A stretch of DNA of 54,822 bases, from positions 1 through 54,822 of the forward strand of contig JAHBMJ010000173.1 of the NCBI GenBank assembly GCA_018398765.1, read 5' to 3'. The position numbers were made by a program, and so were the translations under genes. The notes under the pieces are model-generated. The model worked only from the letters and a program-made list of their open reading frames with translations, searched no databases and was not told the DNA's origin. Origin of the DNA: Chromera velia. Its lineage: Eukaryota. Shown here in pieces: positions 12,531-22,200 of this stretch (position 1 is its first letter; each line of letters opens with the position of its first letter).

Positions 12531-15498
12531 TCAACCGAAGAGGCCCTTCTGATTCACCTCATCGAGGCCTGCTTTCTTCAGATCGAATCCTAAGTCGAGA
12601 CCAAATCCCCCTCCTTCCTTCTCCTTCTTTGTTGCCTTGCACTCCTCATCCCCAGGTCGAACGACGACACACGGAGGGTCGTCGGTCTCCTGACAGTTGG
12701 GCAGTACCGACTCATTCGCGTCAAACTCCCAGAGGCTGCAGAAGAGGAATTTAATCTCCCCTGTTTCAGACTCACCTCCACTGGTGATGGAGCTGAACGA
12801 TCTGATCACCACCTGGGACGAACGATCGACCAGACCGAGTTTCGGGCTCCCCTCAATCTGAATTCCCTCACTTTCGAAAACAGACAGTTTCGGTTGGGAG
12901 ACCAATTCAAGATTTGTGTTGTTGATCAGCTGCAGTGACGTCTCAGTTGCGGAGCCAAGTTGGAAAGGCGCACGAATCTGACGAAGCCCGGGGCAGTTGG
13001 TAACTCGGATTGCACCGATAAAAAAGGCTTCAGGGAATTCGAGATCGAAAGGTGAACTCTCACTGCATGAATCTGCAATTTCGATGTTGCCCGTCGTTTT
13101 CGCAAGAGGCGCGTTGAGTCTGCTGAAAGCCGGGCTGTTAGCAATATCGAATGTACCCGCGGTCCGTGTACATGGGAGGTCGACGGATTCGATCTCTGTG
13201 CTGTCACTGTTCTGGAATAGGAGACTTGGTGCGGTCCATGCGGAGGGGAACGAAATTCTTGGAACTGAAAAGGCGGAGCCAGAGCTAACCGGTCCGCTCA
13301 GGGTTCCAAACCATGCCTGCATAAAAGGATCAGCAGCAGTCAAAGAAAAGGAAGAAGATGACCACTCGCTCTGAAATCTTCTGAGCATGACAGTCTTTGA
13401 CGAAAAGTTTTTGCAAGATGAGACGACTTCGTCAAGCCCACAAGAGTGGAACAAGAAGGCTATGATGAAAGGCGCATGTGAAGGAGGACAAAAAACAAAT
13501 AAACTTGTCAGACTCGCGAGTGTGCACATCTTTTATTCAGACCATTGAAACCTAAGGCCTCTACTGCGGCAGCGATCACGCAACCATGCATTTCACACTA
13601 TTATTGACCATCTTGTGCATTCATTCCACTCAACCCATAGAGAAATGACATACTCGAGACCCACCTGAAGGAGCGGAAGCTCGATAGCTCCCGTCACCCC
13701 ACTAGAAAGCCGAGCACCCCCGAAAACAACTGCACAGTCTCCGAGGACATTCTCGAGTTCACTCGCCGAGGTGATTTCAACTAAACTTCCCAGCTGACAC
13801 ACAGAGGAGTCCTTCAGACGGCAGACGGAGTTGTCACAGATTCTCTGATCACCATCGCACTCCTCTCCCACCTCGACCTGCGCACAGGGTTAGTCAATTG
13901 GATGGTCACTTGATTTCAATCAATCAATCAATCAATCGATCGATCGATCGATCCATCGATCGGTAGAGAAACTCATTACTCAGTGAAGCAATCAATCGGT
14001 CTCTCCCTGCATCTATCCATTCATTTTTCAGTCGATTTCTGGGATGGATGAGCAAGCAGCCACCAAGCTGAACCCATCCAACGAGTTACTCGATCAGTTA
14101 ACCAACCAGCTGACTGACCGGTCGACCGAAAGAATGTTTGCAATGCGTCAAAATCAGTGAAAGAGAGGCAAAGTCGGAAGTGAAATTTGACACGGAAGCG
14201 GGAAAAGGGGGTGAGAGTAACGGATTGAGCAGGAGAAACGAGACGTACGATGTTGTTTCCACACTTTGCCTTTTGGGGCATCGAGGCTGGGTACGGGTTG
14301 GGGCAGATGTCCTTCGACTTCTCCGTGTTCCCCTTTGCGTCTTCCAGCCACGGCATTCCATTGAATTCACCCCATTGCCGAGAAGCTTTCCGGTCAAATC
14401 GAAAGAATCGAAAACTGCCCCCCCTTTCAGAGCACCTTCAAGGTTGAACAGCCCCCCGACCGACTTTTTCTCCCCCTTTCCGCAGTTCTTAGACACAGCC
14501 GACTCGACTGTACACGCACCAGTACAAAGCTCGTCATTGATCCAGCGCGCTTGGAAAGCAGGCAAGCTGCAGAGCTGCAGAACCGTTGTGTTGGAGGACC
14601 CGAGAGGAGCCTCGATTTCGACATTCTGGAGTCGGGTAAGCAGGGTCAGGAGGGGGGCGCGGAAAACTTCGAGCGAAGGGGCATTCTTCAGGTCGAAGTC
14701 CCCGAGGCGGAACAGATTTGGGTAGTCAGCTTTTGACAGCAGAGGGGTGTCAGTCAACTCGATCTTCGTTGCACTGACAAGATTCGGGAGAGAGGCATCG
14801 ACGATTTTTTCCATTCTGACCAATTCAAAAAAATCTTCTACGTATGTCAGAGAAGAGAAATCAAAGCTGGTCATTTCGGGACAATCCTCAAACTCAATGT
14901 CACTGTACACACTGATCAAACTGGGGGCTTTCACCGTTTGAAGATTTGGTACATCATTGATATCAATTCCTTCCAGATAGCGAAGGGAAGGCAGGTAGAT
15001 GGAGACCAGCTCGGTGGAATCGTCGTTAAAGTCAAGATCTTCCCCGACAAGCAGGGATCTCATCGTCAGACTTTTCATCAAATTCGTATTGGTGGTGCCT
15101 TTGATGTTTCGGGCAAAGACCAGATTCGGCAGTGAGACGTCAACTGCCTCGTCAAGTTCGAAGTCGATGTCTCCAGCAGTGCGGCACACCTGTGCATCTG
15201 CCAGTGTTGTTGTGCTGTCGATAAGCAGATCCCCGCACCTCGCCTCTGGAACGAATGTGCAATTTCCAAGACAGAAGGATCCTGGCTGTCCGTTTTGGCT
15301 GCCATCGTCACATTCTTCCGTCTGAAGGTCAGTCACACCATCACCGCACACGCTTTTCTTCTCATCACCTTTCTTCCCGAAGATACCCAAATTCTCCGGG
15401 AGCTTGAAACCGTCGAGGGACTTAGAAAGGCCTCCAGCTGCCTCGGTGCTCATCACGAGTGCAGCTGCAGCGAAGCCGAAGTGAAGGGAAACTTTCAT
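12531..15498 (-). CDS. Secreted/surface protein with two modules of Myxococcus-type Cys-rich repeat (CG.G/N...EECD) plus receptor L-domain/LRR-like solenoid; exons 15498-14249 (1-nt frameshift near 14370-14425), 13877-13665, 13316-12531
   Basis: Signal peptide MKVSLHFGFAAAALVMSTEA. CGDGVTDLQTEECDDG and, across an intron, CGNNI|VEVGEECDGD. Repeated L..L..P.L motifs, with LQLCSL/FLFCSL closing each module. GT-AG introns. Confidence 0.75.
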
Positions 15499-16405
15499 CT
15501 TGAAATGGAGAATTAAGTCAAGTGTTGCAATCTGTTGCAGATTATGATGTGTTGCAATGCTGGTTACCGACTGAAAAGCTCCCAGCAGGTTCAACGATGG
15601 GGTCTGGAATGTCAGGGAAGGCGGTCACACAGCGCACCTTCCATGCATTGTCGATTCAGAGGGATTCAAGTGTGGCCGACTATTTTCTACTCTTCTATAT
15701 ATTCATATAGTCCATGCAGTCTGACTCATGCATGCAGCGGGAAGCCGAATCATCACCCCTGTATGACATGCCGGGGCCCAGGGCCTCGGTTCTTAATTGT
15801 CCAGTTCTGCAACGGTTGGGCCGGCGCCATGATCTTTTCCGACCGACTTTATCGACTTTTGGACCATGGATGCAGGATCTGTCTGACACGCACCTCGACC
15901 TATGACAATCTGCGACGACCTCCGTGAACCTAACTACCACTTGAAAGTTGAAGCCGCATTTTTGGATAAGCTTGAAAATCCGTGCCGCAGGCGTGGATCA
16001 CTTACGGTATCTTGAAAGCCAAAGCCGCATATCTGGAGGGTGTACCCCCAAGAAGCCTTCCTATGACTCTATGGTCTGTCAATTAAACTCCAGGCTTTGG
16101 CAGCCTGGCGCCTTCGGCACCAGGGCTTTGACGTCGCAAATTGACGATAAAAAGCTCATTCTTTCTAGTATGCAATATCGTTAAGGCTCTGGCGACAGAA
16201 AGCTAATTCTTTCTAGTATGGAATATACCTCCAGTCCATTGTAGCTTAAAAATATTATAACATAATTTAATCTAGTTTAACTTAGTTTTAAAATATTTTA
16301 ATACTCTCTTATAGTATCTACTATAATCAACTTAAATATTTAAAATAACAACAACAAAAAAATATTGATTTTAATCAGTTTGAATCTGTCAGTCTTAGTC
16401 AGTCT

Positions 16406-17302
16406 TCATTTAGGAATTCTAGATCCATGGACTCTGCGCGCAGCAGGGCGATAGTCATCGTCATCATCATCAGACTCTGTAGCCCCCCCTCCTTTGCTGC
16501 CACTATATTCGCTCATCACCCAGGCAAACAAAGTAGCCTTTGCTTTCGCCTTATTTTTTGCCTTAGCCTTTGCTTTTGCTTTCGCTTTTCCTTTTACTTA
16601 CGCTCTTTGTCCTCTTGCTTGACGCCTTTCATGCCGTCGAGCCTCCACCTCCACAGCTTCTTCAATCAATTGGCTAATATTCCCAGTTGCAGATTTAGTA
16701 GATGAATCAGAAGCTGCAGTAGGAGGTGCACTGGTGTAAACGATTGCGTGCGCTGGTGCACCAACTTTTAACTTGAAGGGATACACATCAACCGCGGGTT
16801 TATACTCTGTCGTCAGGGCCCATAATTCTCTGCTTTCATTGAAAACTTCAAAGGCTACAACCCTTCGAATCTCGCTCAACTCTCCACCTGCGTGAGCAGA
16901 AAGACATCTTGCTTTCAGCTCCTTCTTCATCTCTCTTTTTGTAAGAGCTTGCAGCCCCTGTCTCCGAACGTTTTCTTTTTGTCTGGCTGTTAGCTTTCTC
17001 CAAATTTTTAATGTTTGAAAGTAAAGTGAAAGAGGGAAAGAATGAATTTTCATGCCTTCCCTACCTGTACATCGACCTTCTTCATTGAACAAAACACAGC
17101 AGCCAATGTCATACAGAGGAATCAAAGGGTACAAAAGAGTTTGAAGAAGGTTAGAGAAGAAGACTTCTCCCTCTCCTAAGGTTAAAAAGGATACAACTAC
17201 ATAGGCATAGTCAATATCCTCCTTTGCAAGTGACTGATATACAAAGTACTTCCCTGTTGATTCATTTGCATAAAACGTGAGTTGTTCAATACGCACAAAC
17301 AT
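16406..17302 (-). pseudogene. Element-borne ORF with a SAP-like motif, (KA)n basic tail and acidic tract; internal TAA at 16598-16600
   Basis: LQALTKREMKKELKARCLSAHAGGELSEIRRV resembles the SAP consensus. The frame continues after the stop as VKGKAKAKAKAKAKNKAKAK...ESDDDDDDYRP...IPK*. Confidence 0.55.
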
Positions 17303-17516
17303 ACAAGACGCGGTGGCTTACTCGAAAGAAGGAAGCACTCTATCAGATCTGCCTTCCTCTCTTAGAGGCTCCGCATCAAAAGTGAAACAGACAAGCTAGA
17401 AGACCAAAACATTTTTTAGGCAGCTTTTGCACTTTTGTACATGCATGCATTAATACGTATAACTGCAAAAGCCACACAAATTAATGCGTATAACTGTAAA
17501 AACCATATGCATATGG

Positions 17517-17747
17517 GCTTTGGGGCAGCACGGTCGGGCTTTGGTAGGCCCGCGCCTTCGGCACAGTTAGGCTTTGGCATGGCTGCACCTTCGGCGCGGT
17601 CGGGCTTTGGTAGGCCCGCGCCTTCGGTGCAGTCAGGCTTTGATAGGCCCGCGTCTTCAACATGGTCAGGCTTTGGCAGGCCTGCGCCTTCGGCGTGGTC
17701 GGGCTTTGGTAGCCGGGCGCCTTCGGCGCCCGGGCTTTGACGGCGGG
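17517..17747 (+). repeat. GC-rich 33-bp minisatellite (~6-7 units, CGGTCGGGCTTTGGTAGGCCCGCGCCTTCGGCG)
   Basis: Read directly; translates as 11-aa repeats. A lone related unit lies at ~16092-16135. Confidence 0.9.
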
Positions 17748-18713
17748 GTAGGAGGGTGTCTTGACCGTGTATGCCGCAAGCATGGACGGTCTCTTGAAAA
17801 ACGATGCCGCAGATAGAAATCATCTTGATTATATTTTTTCAAGTGGCACTTAGGTTCAGGGAGGTTTCTGTAACACATCTCAATTAAAAAGCTTTTTATT
17901 TGATGGTAGTGAGTAGTAGTAAGTAGTACTAAGCCTTGTTTGAAGGTCAAACCGATACATAATTAAGTCATGCCTAGAGTTGTGCACTAATCATCGTGAT
18001 CAAGCTACATGTATAATGTGTTCCTACAGTAGTTCCTAAGTATGTTTGGTCAATCATTCTAGATCATTTTATTAGAACTTAGTCTAGAAGTCTTTACTAG
18101 TTATTCTAATTTATTCTTAGCTTTTCAATTTCGGCTTTCCCAATTGATGACCTATATGAAGCTGTAAAACATGCTGGCTAAACTTGGAGGGGGTAGGGGG
18201 GGGAGCGGGGTATGCCCCCTCTGTGCCTCCCCCTACCGGGCCCGAAGGGCCGAGGGGGGCGCTCCCCCCCCTTTAATTCAAAATTTGAATAAGAGAACCA
18301 GGTAGGGCATAGCCTATAGTTTATAGTTACGCCCCCCCCTAACCTGAAACAAGTTTAGACAGCATGTCATAAAACCATTTTTTTTTTTTAATATTCTATA
18401 GTATGTCCTATCTGCTTCCATTATATAACCATTATGGTCTAGCCCATTTATGTAATAATAAACAATAGCAGCAGTATTATTATTATCATCATTATTATTA
18501 TTAATCAGTTTATAGACCATTATGGCATGATTATGTAATATGATGATGTCAATATCATTATCATCATATACGCTGTCAGCCTATCGCCATCGACCTATAA
18601 ATAGGCGTGTAGCTGCAGTCTTTCCAACTCTAGCAATAGGCAGCAACATGTGAAGCAGTTCGATTCTTCATAATACTTCATGCACAACAATGGTTTACTT
18701 TGATTTATACTTA

Positions 18714-19156
18714 TGTTAGGGACCAGAAAGAATTCATGCGCGCACGCCGAGCGATAAAGAAAGCGTAAGGCGATGTCAGGCAGTAAGCACCACACGCACA
18801 TACAAAGCGCTCATGCAGTTTGCAATGCATGCATGAATACATGGAAAAAGAAATACCATAGAAGTGAGTTCACATAAAATGGAATGACACAGAGACAGAA
18901 CAGATGTCAGAAAGAGAGATACAGCAAATACAGAGGTTACATGCATTCAAGTGGACCGATACAAATGAATACCGTACTACATGCACAACGCGTGCACGCA
19001 TACAGTCTGACTGACCGATCGTATCTGTTCTGAGTAGCCAACCGGGAATCTCTCTAGAAGGAGTCGAAAGATGAAAGACCAGACGAACAAACCTTTGTGT
19101 ACATACACGTAAGTAAAAGTCGTAGTCCTATACGCTAGCCCTACGTATGCTCAACA
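18714..19156 (+). repeat. 5' LTR (443 bp)
   Basis: TGTTAGGGACC...GCTCAACA; about 93% identical by eye to 25159-25202 plus 28621-29024. Confidence 0.95.
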
Positions 19157-19159
19157 AAC

Positions 19160-19172
19160 TGGTTAGCAGAGC
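19160..19172 (+). other. Primer-binding site, tRNA-iMet-like (TGGTTAGCAGAGC)
   Basis: Lies 3 nt after the 5' LTR and resembles the complement of the initiator tRNA 3' end (TGGTAGCAGAG) with one extra T. Confidence 0.7.
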
Positions 19173-19259
19173 ACTTTCTTTCTGACGGCCTCATTGGTGT
19201 CTGCTTGCAGCCATTTTGGGTGCCACTTGCTCTCGCTAGAGATACCTCAACCCGGCGCT

Positions 19260-22200
19260 TCCAGCAAATGCGGAGGAAGCCAAGCAGCAGATGTCGGGCG
19301 GACCTCCAGATCCAGTAGCCCTGCAGGTACAGATCGATGCCTTGCAGGCACAGTTGTAGCAAAGAGATGCAGATCTTGCTGCAGCCCAGCAGGCCCAGCA
19401 GCAACTGACCCAGCAACTCGCACAAGCCCAGCAGCAGCAGGCACCGCAGGCACCGCAGGCACCCCAACATCAGCAACAGCAGCAGCAACAGCAGCAACAG
19501 CAGCAGCAGCAGCAGGCAGGCCAACACGGACAGGCCCAAGCACCTCCTCATGTTGATATGACCATGCAAGTTCAAGGCTCTCGACGTCCGGAGAGTCATG
19601 GAGCCATTCAAGAAGGGGGAAAACGACCCCGTGGTTTGGATGTCCATCTTCATGAAGAAGGTGAGGAACGGGAATCTGAACGTGGAGGACTGTAAAGTCC
19701 TGTTTGAGAGGCATGCAGAGGGAGTGGAAGTTTGAGAGTGGATGGCCAAGAACGCGCACCAATATACCACCATCGAAGAGTTCGAGCAGGCATTCCTGGA
19801 CAGATTTATACCCACCGAAGCCGAGAGCCAGCAGGTAGTGTATGAGCTGTCTCAACTCAAGCTTTCTCCTACAGGTGACTTTGACGTGCATGTCAAGGTC
19901 TTCGAAGCTAAAATGAGGGTCGTCCAACCCGGGTATGAGATCAACGTTCGTATGCTCCCCTTCCTCGGGATCTTCCACCCCTCGTTCTCTATAGAAATCA
20001 CCACAGAGCCTGGCAGTGCCCAAAGAGTATGCTAAGCTGATCCCTTGAGTACTGTTCCTTCATTAACAGGAGCAAAAGAAAGGACCAAATCCATCTGCCA
20101 AGATGGCCCCAGCCACAAAGTCTGCCGATGACGTCAAGCAACTGCGTGCTTAAATCTCTTCTCTGCAGTCCAGTATTGACTCGCTGCAGAGACATGCGCA
20201 GTACCCCCAAGAAGCCGCCGCCGCCGCTGCGTCGGCTGCCCTGCAGTAGTCGATGGCGGCATCGTTTGGACGTGGATACAATGGAGGGGCATGTGGAGGG
20301 AACTGGAGAGGGAGAGGGGGGAGAGGACGAGGATATCCTACTTCCTCTTCGTCTTCCCAAAGTGTCCCCGGAGGGAATACGCTGGGGCATCCCAATTACG
20401 TGGGGTGTAGGCAATATGGTTAAAAAGAGTATCCAATCGCACAGTGCCCCGATGTACTGCGAGGGAGTGGGGGCAGGAATCAGGGAAACGGGAGAGGGGG
20501 ACGGGCTTAGAGGCAGGCCTGACAGTGTCCTCCGTGGGTGATTAGAAGTTGCCTCCTCCCTGTGTGCCTGCAATTGTTCGGGAGGAGGACCATGATTTTA
20601 GCAGGCTTTCGCAGAAGTTGCGAGATGTCCCTACTTCTCATGGCGTTGCTGCTAATAACCCGAATTTATTTGCTGCTGCCGGGAGGTCGTCTGTTCTCCC
20701 TTCCCCAGAGACGCCAGATGTTGTAGCCACAGTTGAGGTAGCAGCCCACCCCTGGGTGAGTTTGTTTCTTTTTGACCGAAAGGCATCTGCACTGTTGGAT
20801 TCAGGTGCACAGACTAGTCTGATCAACATCTCTTTCCTTGCATCTGCAGAGTATGAAATGCAGACAGCGAGTGTCGGTTTGAGTGCGTTGGGGAATAATG
20901 GAATTCTAGTAGTGGGAGAGACGTGTGCAGAGTTTTCGTATGAGTCTGCACCAAAAAAAATTTTCAAGCACCCAGTACTGGTGACAGAGAATTCAGAGTA
21001 TGATGTGGTTCTTGGGATAGATTTTCTTCGATCCCGATCTGATGTTTCTTTTGAACTTTTTGGGGGGGAAAGGCTGTATATGGGAGACCTTCCTCCCTTT
21101 GAGGTCTGGTATGATGATGGTCTGAAATCGACGAAGGTGTGTGCCACAAAGAGGATGCGTGTGCCCTAATGGCACCGCTCCCTCCTTCAAGTGTCCGTCG
21201 ATGCCCCGGATGGTTCGGAAGTCCTTATCCAAAAGAACTTCCCCCATAGCCATCCTAGTTTAGCTGTTCCTGCTCAGCTGACTACCGTGCAGGGAGGCAT
21301 CGCAGTCATTGAGGTCACAAACATTTCCCGTTTCAAAATCACAGTCGGTTCGAAAACAGCACTGTCCTTTGCAGAGCTGCCCTCTCATATTGCGGCGGTG
21401 ACTGCTATGATAGCAGAAAAACGGCACATAGGACCATGGAGCATGGAGATAACTCAGACGGCCGAGAGACTGGAGAGATGTGATCGCATGTCCTCGGAAA
21501 AACCGCTGGAAGTGCGGTCCGGAGAGCAGGCCCCGACACACTCTCGGTCAGTCGCTCTACCTACTTTTTTGAATGTACAAAGTGCAGATTCGCTCCCCTT
21601 TCCCTTCTCGCTTGCAGACTCTTCCAAAGGCAGACGTGCCTACGGAGTCTTCAAAGGACCTTCCTCCGATCGATTTGGAGAAGGTCATCTCAGATGTCCC
21701 ACAGGAGATGAAGGGGGAGTATATGGGTTTGTTGGGGGAATTTGGAGACCTGTGGTCACGGGGACGTTTTGATTTGGGAGAATTGAAGGTGGGGGGGAAG
21801 CCTTATGAAGCGACTATCCCCACAGAGACGAGCGTTCCCATCAGATGGCAGCAGGACCGAATCCCTTTTTACCAGCGAGAGGATGTGAAGAAAGAATTGG
21901 ATGCAATGCAGAGTGCAGGGATCATTTAACCCTCGCATTCTCCATGGGCAGCTCCGGTCGTTCTTGTCAAGAAACCTGACGGTTCGACCCGATTTAAATT
22001 TGCCTCGACTTTCGACGACTCAACGCAGCCACCAAGCGGGATCTCTTTCCGCTCCCACACATCCAAGAGATACTTGACAAGCTTGCCGGCTCGTCAGTGT
22101 TCTCTACCCTTGACTACACCTCGGGCTTCCATCAGCTTTCCTTGAAGGAAGAGAACAGAGAGAAGACAGCCTTCATCACTCCGTTTGGGCTGTTTGAATT

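Larger units (their letters stand above)
15917..17866. mobile_element. Non-autonomous TIR element (~1.95 kb), same family as 9599-10112, carrying an ORF and a 33-bp array
   Basis: Left end ACCTCCGTGAACCTAACTACCACTTGAAA; reverse complement of the right end ACCTCCCTGAACCTAAGTGCCACTTGAAA. Flanks TCTGCGAC (15909-15916) and TCTGTAAC (17867-17874). Subterminal CTTGAAA..GCCGCA motifs are shared with the smaller element. Confidence 0.8.

Noticed and set aside
17416..17823. ORF with PKPDxAEGAGL repeats
   Set aside because: Explained by the 33-bp minisatellite, which is open in several frames.
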